Shown here piece after piece: positions 1 through 13,800 of a DNA stretch of 64,000 nt. The notes under the pieces are model-generated. The model made no database searches. It was not told the origin of the DNA and saw only the letters and a list, made by a program, of their open reading frames with translations. The stretch's first letter is position 1; each line of letters opens with the position of its first letter. The position numbers were made by a program, and so were the translations under genes. The DNA is from Hormiphora californensis (lineage: Eukaryota; Animalia; Ctenophora), in assembly GCA_020137815.1 (NCBI GenBank), contig CM035354.1:2666001-2730000 (forward strand). The letters are read 5' to 3'.

Positions 1-479
1 TATTCTGTGTGTCGGATAAGCGTTCTTTAGCATCTTTTTGATCTTACCGAGAGAGATAGAAAGAGAGAGAGAGAGATAGAAAGAGATAGAAAGAGAGAGA
101 GAGAGTGAGCTATTAGAGGCTTCAAGTCATTATGGTCTTTACTCTTTTACTATGTTGTTCGTTGTTCATATTCACCAATCTTTCTGAAGATCAATGCAAA
201 AATTCATAGTAGATGGAGCTTGATCGAGAATAGTCTATAGAATAGTCTATAGACTCTCGGGGGGATCGGGAAAGCGTCATTAGAACGTCTGTTTAGCATA
301 CGGAGGAGTTTTCATGCACATGCATATTGTTGTGCTTCATTCTCTCAGTCCCTCTCTCTTTCCTCCGCTATCTTTCTCTCTCCCATTCTATTTTTTCATT
401 CTCTCACTCACTTACTCTGCCTCTTTTAGTCTCCTCTCATTCACTCATTTCTGTCAGTCAAAGAATTAGTTAATTTCAG

Positions 480-800
<321 letters not shown>

Positions 801-1851
801 TTCATCGTCGTAGGAGCTGGTAGCTCTTGCATTCAAGCATCTGCAAAAACCTGTCAAGAGTTGCTCATTGTTTGTCGGGCAGTTGTTGTTCTGATTTTAT
901 CGCGTCGTGATAGTTGAAAAGCTGAGAATCTTTTTTCTTCTTTTTTTGGTGTCTTCTCTGTCCTAGCGGTGAATCTATTGGTGTTACGAAATCACCCCTA
1001 TTACGGTCTGGGAGCTGGCGTTGAGGGATAAATTCATTGGTCAATACCAAGTGAATCTAACCACATGCCTATAAATATGCACCCTATCCTAGCCTATCCT
1101 AGCTATCGAAATGGTTATGCCTAACTAAATACCCAACTAAATGGTTAGCCTGAGCAATTTTGATATGTCCACCATATCCTATTTTTATCAAGATTTTGAT
1201 CATATATCGTCATCTTTCTCTCTCACCCAAATAATTTTCCCGCACATCATCGTCATCTCGTTTTTTTTTCCCGAAAGCGTCAAAAGTAGGCGTCTAGGAT
1301 TTCGGTTTCTCTGTTTTATGAGACACTTACCGAGCGGTAAATGCAATTTACCGACGCGTCGTGTTTACTAGGGCGGTTTCTCTGTTTTAATTTTCACTGC
1401 TCGTTGTTGATTTGTTGACTGAGACTGACTAGATCAGCTAGTATTATATTGATTTGTTGATTTGTTGACTGAGTGCAGCTGTAACTAGACAAGTATTATA
1501 TCAAGAGCTGTACAATGTGGTGTCAGAAAGTCTAGAACACACGTGTATCATCGTGCTTAGTGCATTGTTTTAACAACACTGTTTTAACTCCAGTTGTTTG
1601 CTCCATTCAAACTTTTTAGCCCATCTCGCTTTATTAGGCTTTTGTTCCTCTCGTTTGTTTGTTTGTTTGTTTGGATGTCATAGGGACCTGGGGTTCGTTT
1701 GAAGTTCACACAGTATGATATTGTGTTTGTTTTGCCTTCCTTTTCACACCCTCTCAGACTGATTCCCTTCTCTCACTCTCTCTCTCTCTTTCTGATCCCT
1801 GATCTCTCTGATCCTCTCTCCCTCTCTCTCTGACCACTGATCTCTCTCCAG

Positions 1852-4800
1852 CCCTCACCAAGCTGCATGACAATTCTCGGTGGACCTATATTATAATGTG
1901 CCGGACTACTCTGCTGCTAGAGTCCTGCTAGTACCGCGGCGGCTCCTGTTACCATGACGTCAGCAGACAGTAGAGTCCAGAGTCCAGTTGCTATGACGTC
2001 ATCCTGTTACCATGACAACAGTTGCTATGAGGGTGTGCTACTGTAAGGAGTGTTTAGAGGACCGGGCCCGGGCTAAACGGACTGCCATTCACCGGAGAAG
2101 ATGTCTTCTACACCGGTCCCCCTACCAACAACAACAATTCAACTCCGGACCGGTATCATAACGGGACAAACTCTCCTGTTCAGAGCCACGCTAAGATCTC
2201 TGTGAAGAGTCCTAGTATGATCAATTTGAACCATCATCATCATAACCCGTTTACAACTGCAAGGATCAACTCCAATCGCAGCAGGTCCAAGAAACAGAAC
2301 TCCTTTCATAGCCACACCTCGCCGCCTCGTACAAATCGACATAACCACACCTCGCCGCCTCGTAACCAAACCTCCCCTCTCTCTTCCAACCATCATACCT
2401 CTCCGACCCACCGGAACGGTAACCATGGTAACACCCTTGCATCCCCGTTGCCTGCTCGGAAATGGGATCCACCCTGGGAAACTCGGCCCAATCCACGGTT
2501 TGCGGGTGACTGGTCCCCTCCGCCACCACCCCGGCCTCGAGCCTCCCCATCCTACAACAGACGTCGAACCACGGGCAGTATGAGGGTTGCAGGGTCCAAA
2601 TCAAATAGGGCTGGTGGTATTAGTGCGTTGTCAAATGTTTCAGAGGGATCCAGACCGGGATTCGGGAGACTCCCATCGTATAATGAACGGCATTCCTACT
2701 CTCGTACCATTGTATGTTTGTAATGTTTGTTTCTGAGTTGTACATATAGTAGTTTAGTTTACATAGTAGTTTAGTTGTCCTGTTCGTTGTTGTGGTTTGT
2801 GTGATTTACCATACATACAATATGGTATGGTAAAGAGATCACGTGATCTCTGTACCATACCATACATGTTCATCACGTGATCTCCCCTCTTCAGGGTCTC
2901 CATGACGACATCAAGATGAGTTGGAAGGACCGGGAACAAAAACTAAACAAAGGCCTGGAACTCCGGAAGTTTGAGCAGGGAATAAAAAATCTCTATTTGT
3001 GGATCAGTGAGGATGGGGAATCCTTTATCAGATCTCACTCTCTCTTTTCCACGACCGCCAATAATCTCACTGCCATGTTCGCGGAGTTCAATAACTTTCA
3101 GCGGCAAATTGGTAAGAAATCTAGAGCTTGTCAGTAGTTGACAAATTACAGAATTCGTTATGTTACCATGGTAACCAGGATGTATCTTCATTCATTCACA
3201 CACAACTCCACCCTCCTCCCCCGCAGCACACGAGCAATCCCGTCTGATGGAGTTGGAGATGGCGTGCACCTCCCTCAAGGAATGTATCATATTTGATAAT
3301 GGTGCGATTGATAACCGGATGAATGCAGCCCGTCAAGCATGGGATGTTTTTAATGCAAAGTTTGGGCTCCGAAGGAAGCTCCTGCAGATCCTAGTTGATG
3401 TTGTTATACCACCGTTTGATAAGGTAAGGAATGTATGGATAGTTCGCTATATGCCCCTTGCTGGCACCATGATTATCCCCCCCCCCCCCCCGCTGGCACG
3501 CGTTTCGGGAGTTGTCTGTATGGGTATGTCTGTCTAAATAAATTCATGTTTGTTCCGGCTTTCTAAGGATCTAAATTTTGGTGGAATGAGGCAATAAAGA
3601 CACAGATGGTTAAAATTCGAAATAAATTAATCCGAAATAAATTAGACACTGTCATGTTGTGTTTGGAGGGGTATAACAGAAGACACATAAAATACACCAA
3701 TCAAATAGAGTCTGGGAATGTGCTGACATTGCACGTCTGAACAATGTACTAAATACAATTGTGCTATATATTCAGTTAACATAGCACAATTGTATTTGTC
3801 AAATAAAATCTCTCTCTGCACTACAGCTTTCACCCGTTCATATTCAAAAACTGACTTTGCTAAGCCTTCTCTAGCGTATAAAAAGTTGTCTCATTATAGA
3901 GTAAACGCGGTTGGCTACCAGGAGAGTGGGGCTTTTAGCTCTCCTATCCCGAACCGGATACAAATAGATAGACGTGGTTTCGTGGCCGGGAAAAGATATG
4001 TAGAAAAATACAAATAAATGAGTATATATCTTTGCCCTAACTTTTGTGAAATGTCTACCGAACGAACTGACTAAAACCCGATATAAAAACTAGGCGCCAA
4101 ATCTAAGATCATGCTCCTGGGTTGGGAGAAATGAATGAATGACGCCGCGCTCACGCTCGCCGCTAAAATGCAGTGCAGAGTCATGAATGCAGCGTCATCC
4201 ATACACCATCCCCCCACCCCTAATTGTGATCGTGGAGCACGATCAAACGAGAAAACCCAGAGAGAAAACTAGGCCAGCCAAAATAAATACACACTGAAAA
4301 CTGGAAACCCTTCCTTACCTAATTGGAGACCACTAATAAATATAACACACTAAAAAAAATAAGTTACTAGAATCACACGGCCACGGTATTATAAATTATA
4401 AAACAAAATGAAGCCTTAAAAATGTAAAAATGTGCCCTGGACAAAATAGGGTAAGCTGGGGTGAAATGGCCCGCGGGGTAAAGTGGCCCATGTATGGGGC
4501 AAAGTGGCCCTAGTTATTACATGTGGTCACGTGACTTTTTCTCCAGCGGAGACCTGCTCGTTCTGTTCCGAATTTTCGCTTTAAAACTGCTGTCATTTCT
4601 GTTTGGGTTGGCCGATTTTAATTTTGCAAAAACTGCCAGTTAGGCTTTATAATTCTCTAAAACGTGGTATAAAAATTTTTGAAGAAATTGGCATTTTTGT
4701 TGTCTTAATTGTCAATTTTGTGAAATCGGGGCAAATATGGCCCACTCTCCGGGGCAAAATGGTCCGGTCTGGGGCAAAGTGGCCCACCTCTAGTACCAAT

Positions 4801-7800
4801 GAAATGGCGCCTGCAATACCACGTGATATTGGAATGCACAAAAATGTAGTACAGATGATCAAATTAGGGGCAAAGTGGCCCATGTTCCGGTGCAGAACAT
4901 GGGCCACTTTGCCCCTAGTTTGATCGTTTCGTCTAACAACACCAGGCACGTGATAAAATCGAGCAATGCTATTGGCTTGGGCCACTTTGCCCCGGTGCAA
5001 ATTTTCCAAAAAACGCCTCACCAAATTATTTGAATTGATTAATTAACCCATTAAATAAAACTTGTAGATATTAAAATTTAGCTCGGCTGAAAGGAAAAGG
5101 TTTCATTGGATAGCCTATATAATTTTTTTCTTCCTGCTGTATAAATTGCGTATTTTAGAACCTAAAACGTTAAAAGTGGGCCACTTTTACCCCAGCTTAC
5201 CCTACAACAAATAAATAAATTCCTAAAAAGCCAAAAATAAAAAACGATCAGACCACCTAATAAAATTACAGTTTATAAAATTGAGAGTCTACACTCTACT
5301 GTCTCTGGTAGGCCGGGTGCCCGCACTCCTCCAGGAACACTTCCAGCAGTAGCACACGTCTACACAACTCCAGGAGTTCTGCGAGGTCCTGGTGGTTGGG
5401 CCTCCTCCTCGCCACAATTGTGATCCTCTCCCGTGACACCAGGTTGCTGAGGGAGCAGATCCTCTCCTTGATCCTCTTTGCTGGCCTGTGTCTCTTCTTG
5501 TCAGAGGTCTCCTCTCCGTGTGGGATGCGGGGGACCAGTAGCTCTGGGTCACCCCTCTTCACCAACTCATCTAAGTGTTGGGTCGCCCACTGGGTCAGCT
5601 CCACACTACATTCCTCGACGGCCGCGACCAGTCGAGTGTAGGTGTCCTGAAATGAGGCACCTCCCCGTGTACTCTCTCGGAGTTCCTCGAATCTTCTTCT
5701 TCTCTCCTCGAGTGTCTCCACGGGTCGGGTAGGGAAGAATCCCCGTGTATCCCACCGGGTCCACTCATAGGTAGATAGTCTGTGCTCGGGGAGTTCTGGT
5801 AAACAATCCCCTTGCTCGACAAACACCTGTGGTTGCTTGACGTGCTCCTTAGCCAGCTCTTCTTTCTGCTTCTCTATGATCCTCTGGATTCTCTCCTTCT
5901 CTTTCTGGACAGTCTCATCCGAGTGCCTTGCCAGAATCGCCCTCTTTTCTTCTCTTCTTTTCTCTATCTTCTTTTTCGCCTCCTCATATTCGGCCTCAAT
6001 TTCTTGGGCGGTCCAATAACCTCTTGCTGGAACCTTCTCCTCCTGTTCTTCTTCATCTTTCTTCTGTCTTTCCTTCCCCTTCTTTCTGGCGTCATCTTTC
6101 TTCTTTCTCTCTCGCTCTTCTTCCTCCTCTTTCTTCTTCTTCTCGCGGGCTTCATCCTCTTTCTTTCTTTTCAGGCGGGCTTCATCCTCTCTCTTCTTCT
6201 TCAGCCGGGCTTCATCCTCTCTCTTCTTCTTCAATCGGGCCTCCTCCTGCTTCCTCTGCTCTTCCTCTCTCCTTGCACGTTTCAGCTCCATACCCTGTCG
6301 CTCCACCTCGGCTACTCTCAACATGTGCTCCCTTTCCTGATCTTCCAGGGACTTTGTTATGGGAGATTGGGCGATCTTCCGTCTCTTCTCCTCTGACTTG
6401 GAGGGCCCAGATCTGTCCGACTGTAAAGAGAGCCTCCTCTGGATTCGCCGGTCTCCACAGCTCCGGCAGGTCTCCCTTTTTTCCCAATTCAGGGATCGGC
6501 AACTCGATCTCGCACACCTCCATTCGGACTCGGAGGCCCGGTTGTTCTTCTTGAAGGCGGGAACTTTGAGTGTGGCGGGCTTTCCCTCTGCTAGTCCACG
6601 CTCATACTCTGCTCTCAGGAAGTCCACGTGTTCGTCGTCTGCCTTCTTCGACTTTGCCTTTGCTTCTCTCTTCATCTCTAGCTGCTCCTTCGTGGGTTTG
6701 GGAACCACAACTTGGGACTGCATCCTGATGTCCTGAGAAGCAAATTCAGGGGTTCTCACCGGGCTCCACCTCTTACTCTTCACTTCGGGACTCATGGCCC
6801 CTGGGTTTGGAGTTTTCACCGGGCTCCACCTCTTACTCTTCACTTCGGGACTCATGGCCCCTGGGTTTGGAGTTTTCACCTTCGCATCAGGACTCGGGGC
6901 CCATGATGCTGGGGTGGTGTCCATTTTCAACAGGTCGTACTCGTCTTCCGACGCGACCTGTACGGTGGGCTCCGCTGCTGAGGTGATCGGAACGAAGAAA
7001 TCGTGGTGACCTCCTGCAGGTGATGCTACAGCAGAGCTGGACCTCATCGAGATTTTCGGGGTCGGAGGAGCCCTTCCCCTTGGCACTAATCCCACGTGGG
7101 TGCTCTCCTCGTAGCGGAGGTCATCACATCTATCTTTCTCACAGGGCATTGCACCCCCACAGTTTTGACAAGTCGTCTTGTCAACGCTGTTCCTCTTCTT
7201 CTTCTTTTTGTCCATCGACGACTATAAGGGGCGGGTGTGATGTGTTAGAAAATATTTGGTAAAATATCATTCCTACATTCCAATCAGAGGTATTCAAACA
7301 GTATATAAGTGTACTGAAAGGTCAATAATAACACAATCAATTACAATTATATCTGATATAACAATATTTCGAAACAAGTCAGAGTATCTTCACTATATAG
7401 GAAAAGATATACGTGTTGTGTCAATTTATTGACTTCAGCCCCTCTTTGTCATCATCTCCCCGTCTGAAGAATAGAGACCGAGAATGGAAGAGAAGATTGG
7501 CGTCTTCTCTACCCTCGTAATTGTAGCTCCGAGGTAGTTGGGTTTATTGCAATTGACTCAAATTGACCCGTTACTTGACATATCATTGACCCGAGTGATG
7601 ATTGCAGCTGGCGCCGTTATGTCCCATCCGCGGCGTAAAAATGTCGTCCCCAACTGCTGAAACTGCATGCTCCCATTTTCAACGCGCTCATGCAGCTAGT
7701 CGTACTAGATGCATTCCACATTCCTGTGACATGTGTCGGGACAGGAATTTTCTCAGCCGCCGACCCACAAAATGTTGTACGTACATCGGTTCACCGAGAA

Positions 7801-10800
7801 TTCTCTCTCACAGCTGGAATATTAATCCACAACATGTGAGAAAATGAGAGTTGACGAGGTTGACTCAGAATTGACACACTTGATCTGAAAACGCCAGAGA
7901 GAATAGACTGGAGTCTATCTGCAGATGTAGGGGTCCTGGTAAATTTGACCGGATGTCAGTTGACGTTGAAACATTGATAAAGACTGGTACTGGGAGAATG
8001 GTGTCAATATAGGTGTCGGCTTGGTAATATTTCATGTTCTTGATTTCCCTCCCCTGCACTTGTCTCTCTTGCTAGTTCTGTATATGTTGTTGCGAACATG
8101 TCCCACCTGTGGCATGCTAGAAGGTAGAAAGGAATGTTATCAAACCGACAGACAAACATGTGCTATATTAACCAGGTCGCTGTAGTACAGAAAGATGATT
8201 CTCTCACAAATCTCACAGGGGGTTGGGCCGCAACTGTGAAATTGTTGTTGTTGTTGTATGCGCCTCCGCTTCCAATCCTCTACTTGTGATTTTATCCCGT
8301 CCGGCAGCCAGTTCCTCACGCCCGAGAAGGACGGAGCTCAGGTTCCAGAGTTTCCTCTTTCCCCCGGGAGAGTTTTCTTCCTCCGTCTTATGTCCATGGT
8401 TTTGGAGATAAGGGTGGAATCGTCTCCCATAACTATCTTAACAGGTCCCATGAAGAGGACCGCACCAGCACTGTTTTCACATTGTGCCAGTCTCGGATAT
8501 CTCCAGCGACCCTTGGTGAGTGGCATCTCAGCATTGATCGCTCTAGATGTGGCCTTGGCTAGGACAATTCGGACGCTCCATTGACTATGGCACCTTTGTA
8601 GATTTTGCGCTGCCAACCTCTGATTTGTAATCAGTACTCCATGTGGGTTCATGGAACATCACTTTTTGTTCGTGATGCAGATGCAGCGTCCGGCCGTTCA
8701 TGGGGTAGTTAGGGCAGGTTCCTTCCCAATTAACGGAACTCTGGCGTGTGAAATGTTTAGTGGGTTAGGTATCTATGTGCGTCACTCATAGAAATTTGTT
8801 TTGTAGCATGGGATAGTGGTTTGTTCTGTTTGTTGATCAGGTTTTTGTGGAGGCTTGTTTGTTAGTAGAGAGTGATGATGTTGGTTTGTTACCTTCATCG
8901 TTTGGGGGGTAATCGCCATTTGGGAATATCCTACGCTTCTCATGGACTTTTGAAGAAGCGTAGGTAGTAGCGAGGCTACTGGTTAGTGTAGTTTCTCCCT
9001 GTTGGGCTACGGAAACACCCCTTGAGTTTATCTCGACCTCGGCGTGGGAATTTTGCCGAGTGTCGGTGGTAGCTAACCAGTTATGACCTAGCTTGTTAGA
9101 CCTTTTATACCTGTCCAGAGGCTAGGTGGACAGAAGGTAGAGGTGGGCCAGTTGAGATTAGACCTCCTCCAGCCTGGACTTTTGCTGGAGGACGGGTTTT
9201 GGCCGGTATTTAGCCATCTACTTTGGCCCAGTGCACAAGGCTGGGGAGATGGTGTAATACCGGCCGGGGGTATCTCTATTCAGAGAGAGATGAGTCATGA
9301 GCGGATTAGAGAAAGGAAGAGAGAAAAACACACCACCCAAGGAGGGCAGCTCTGTTTCCTTGGAGTGGTATGTGAGATGCTCCAGGCAGTTCAAGAGCTT
9401 CATGGTTTACCCCGGGGTATGCCGGGTCACCCCTGAAGATTCCCTGCCTGGTCTGTAGGACACTATTGCTATCTAAAAAAATAGACATTAGCCGCGGCCT
9501 GCATCTCAAGGGCGTGGGAAGGAATCTCACCCTCCCGCAACTGTGAAAAATAATAAATCGAAAATGGTCGGCCAAAAGTTGACACACTATCTTCTTCCAG
9601 CTCTAGTCACACGGCTGATCACCTTGGCAATTCTTCTCCTTAATCTCCCCGCCCACAAAGATCCACCTCTTTCCGGCTCGGTGGTCGGAAAAGAAGTGAT
9701 CTCGTGTGAAACGTCAGGAACAGGTAGGGAAACAGGGGTTGGTTCTATCTCCCCTGTATCTGATGTTGACGCGGTGATAGGAGTAGGAATGACTGGTACA
9801 GTATCAGGCTCAATAATCACAATCTCTCTCGCCTGATTCTGTTCTGCAATCTCCGTCTTCCGGAACAGCTTCAACTTGGAGATGTTGACCACCTTATCTT
9901 CTTTCTCGTTCTCTGACATCTTGATGACGTATAAATAAGGGTTCATCACTTTCTTCACTGCGACTGGACCAAACCATCTAGCAGAGAACTTGTGTGCTGG
10001 ACAGTTGATTTTAACAAACACCTGATCTCCGACCGAGTATCCTGGATCATAGCACTTCTTATCATATGACTTCTTTGCATATCCCCAGTCAGTTTCCATG
10101 TTCTTTCTAACTCGCCTGGAGATGTCACGTAGTTCTTTGGAGCTCCTATATACCTCAGCTGGAATATTCTGCTCCCTGTTCTGCTCGGCGTGTTTATCTC
10201 GGTCTAATATGAGAATCTCAGGAACGTTCAATTCACGACCATACACCAATCTGTTTGCTGTATACCCTGTTCTCCTGTTTTTTAGGCAATTCAGAACGAA
10301 GGACACCTTGGCAAGATGAAGATCCCAGTTGTGAGGGCTCGTCTGATGTAGTGTTGCTCTCAAGACGGTGTTGGTGCGCTTGTTGTTCATCTCCGCTCTA
10401 GCTGTGCTGGCCGCTTTATACGCTGTTCCGTATGTTAGCTTAACACCATGCAGTTCGAAGAATCGTCTAAATGGAGCGCCCCGAAAACCACGGTGGTTGT
10501 CGCAAATGATCTCACGAGGCCACCCCATGCGGTATATCCAACTTTCCAGGACGGTCTTCCTATTCTCATCACTGGTCTGGGAACCCACAGGTACAGCGAT
10601 AACATAGTTGGACCAGGCATCCGAGATTGTTAGAATCGCACTGTTCCCACGGGAAGTTTTGCTTCTCGACGTTGGTACAATGTGATCTAAAATTATGGCG
10701 TCATTGAATTGATGAAACATCATTTTCGCCATCGGAGCTCTCCCATAGGCACGGGGTTGTTTGTTAGCTCCACAGTTGATACATGCTGCTACAAACTCCT

Positions 10801-13800
10801 TCACATCACTCTCCATCCCTGGCCAATAATACCACTTCCTCAAACACAACATTGTATTATCCACTCCTGCATGTCCACACAGTTCGGCATGACATCTGTT
10901 CATCACTAACTCCCTCCGATGTTCAGGAACAAGTATCAGCCACCTGTCCTCCCCTGTGGATGTGTAATTCCACCTTCTCTGCAGTACTCCGTCTTCCACA
11001 CGAAGCAAATTGAACTGTTTCCACAAAGACATCAGTTCAGTAGGGGTCCTGTTAGCTTGCACGACGTCTCGCGAGCCCTGGATCACCCAATTCCTCACTA
11101 CCAGAAATATATCATCCTCTTTCTGTGCAGTTTCCCACTCTCTCCAGTCTAATAACTGTCCACCTCCCTCTGGAACCTCCATAATGGCATTCACCTCCAG
11201 AACCTCTGGAACCGTGCTAGCTGATCTGGTGGGACACCAGCAACTAGGCTCAACGTGATGAATAGTACTGTGATGGACCTCAGGCAGGTGAGTAGAACTT
11301 CGCTCCTAATAAAAGGCTGCAATAAAAGGCTGCAGAAAAAGGCTGCAATAAAAGGCTGCAATAAAAGGCTGCAATAAAAGGCTGCAATAAAAGGCTGCAA
11401 TAAAAGGCTGCAGAAAAAGGCTGCAATAAAAGGCTGCAATAAAAGGCTGCAATAAAAGGCTGCAATAAAAGGCTGCAAGGGATCACGTATCTAACCAGAC
11501 TAAAGCGGGGAATAGACCGAATCGTCCTACCCTAATAGTGTTTCGTATCACGTATCGGCTGTAGAGAGACCGAATCACCCTCCCCTAATTATAGTGATTC
11601 GTGTCACGTATCCAACTAGACCATATGCGATAGAGACCGAGATAGAGAGCGAGTACGAGTGAGAACTGAGAGAGTGAAAAATCAGAATGACGGTATGGTA
11701 TCACGTACCATGGTATCCTCTAATGAAAAGCGGTTACCAATTGACAATGAGACCTCATCGGTCCCGATACGTGATTCTCTACTGCTATGTATTCTCCATT
11801 AGTCTTTCCGACTTCCGTATCGATCCACGATTCAGTAGAGGTAGTCAGTAACTACTGAGAGTGTTGGTCTAATGAGGTAGCTACCTACCGGTACGATAGA
11901 TCCATTGATTGAGCGTGTAGCACAATGACAGGTGAACCACCCAACCACTTGGTTCACCTATCATAGTATTATGTGTGATTCCGCTCTACTGAATTGTGTA
12001 CATAAAGACTATTGGCGAATAACGGTAGAAAATCAGTAATCACGTATTGGCACCGATTAGGTGAAATTATAGGTAACCGCCTTTCATTTAATTAACCAAC
12101 ACTCTCAGTAGTTATATAGTATACTGACTACCTCTACTGAATCGTTGATCGATACGGAAAGACTAATGGAGAATACATAGCGGTAGAGAATCACGTATCG
12201 GGACCGATGAGGTCTCATTGTCAATTGGTAACCGCTTTTCATTAGAGGATACCATGGTACGTGATACCATACCGTGATTCTGATTTTTCACTCTCTCAGT
12301 TCTCACTCGTACTCGCTCTCTATCTCGGTCTCTATCGCATATGGTCTAGTTGGATACGTGACACGAATCACTATAATTAGGGGAGGGTGATTCGGTCTCT
12401 CTACAGCCGATACGTGATACGAAACACTATTAGGGTAGGACGATTCGGTCTATTCCCCGCTTTAGTCTGGTTAGATACGTGATCCCTTGCAGCCTTTTAT
12501 TGCAGCCTTTTATTGCAGCCTTTTTCTGCAGCCTTTTATTGCAGCCTTTTATTGCAGCCTTTTATTGCAGCCTTTTATTGCAGCCTTTTATTGCAGCCTT
12601 TTTCTGCAGCCTTTTATTGCAGCCTTTTATTAGGAGCGAAGTTCTACTCACCTGCCGGACCTCACTCTGATCGCAGGAATCGAGCCACTCAAATCCAAAA
12701 TGATCTGTATCAAAAGCTCCCTCCAACTCAGTGTCCGCATCACCAATACCGGATCCAGTCTGGTCTCCCAACAATACAGGAACATCACCAGTAGAAAGTG
12801 GCTCATCTAGGTCGAGATTTACTTCGCCTGCACCTTCGCTTTCACTGTTATCTGATTCCCCGTGTAACTGGTAGACCTGTTCAGTCACATCATCCTCTGA
12901 GATGAGATCGCTGACCGAACACTGCTCACTATCCAACTCTGACTGCTCTTCAGGTTGGCCATGTGTAGGATGATCTTGCCCACACCACTCCGAAACTCCC
13001 TCCACTCCATTACCATCTTCCATCTCTGCATCCCCTCTATCTTCACCCAGTTATCAGGATGAGAGATGTAGCTACTGGAACTACCATCACTCTCTGACAC
13101 GGATGTCTTTTCTGCGTCACACCCCACCATCTTCAAGTTTTCAGGCAACAAAGGATTGTAGTCGGATACCAAACTCGAGTTGACGGGAGAAAAAAGATCA
13201 TTTCGACTCCCTGACATTGGTGCTCGTGGCCCCGCTGTCGAGGGGGTTGTCAATGATATGAAGTGGGTCGGGTTGGCTCTCATGGACTCGAGGGCCCATT
13301 GAGATCCCTCCCTACCCAACTTCAAGTGATGGCATACTGCATCACACTGCTCCCCTGTCTGAGTACCTGCATCTGTTTTAGTACGGCGGAAAGGAAAACG
13401 GGAGAGAAAATCAGCGAGGGTGTTAGTTTCACCAGCAATATGACGGATTTTGAAATCATAATTTGCAAGTAATTGAACCTTCCGGACGGATGATAGTAGG
13501 ATCTGACTTGGCAAACAGAGAGTCCTCGGCTGATAGGAGACTCTTGCAATCCGTCACCACAGTGAATTTCGTGTTCAGTAGATAAACTTTCCAGTGCTCC
13601 AACGCGGCTACCATTGCATCGAATTCCAATCTGGTCTGGCCTCGAGCACGCTTATAACAAGGAACACTCTTGCTGTAGAAGGCGATTATTCTCCGGTCTC
13701 TCACGCCATCACGTTCAATCTCCTGAGATAAAGTGGCACCATACCCATCCATACTAGCATCTACTGTCACCTCATAGCTCTGAAATGGGTCGTTAGGATC

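Noticed and set aside
5812-6736. Hydrophobic plus-strand ORFs
   Set aside because: These are antisense shadows of the E/K/R-rich ORF at 5296-7215.
11191-12794. LLLQPFIAAF-repeat ORFs, or a CRISPR-like array
   Set aside because: A 13-bp tandem repeat inside TIRs, with no unique spacers and no cas genes, in a eukaryotic context.
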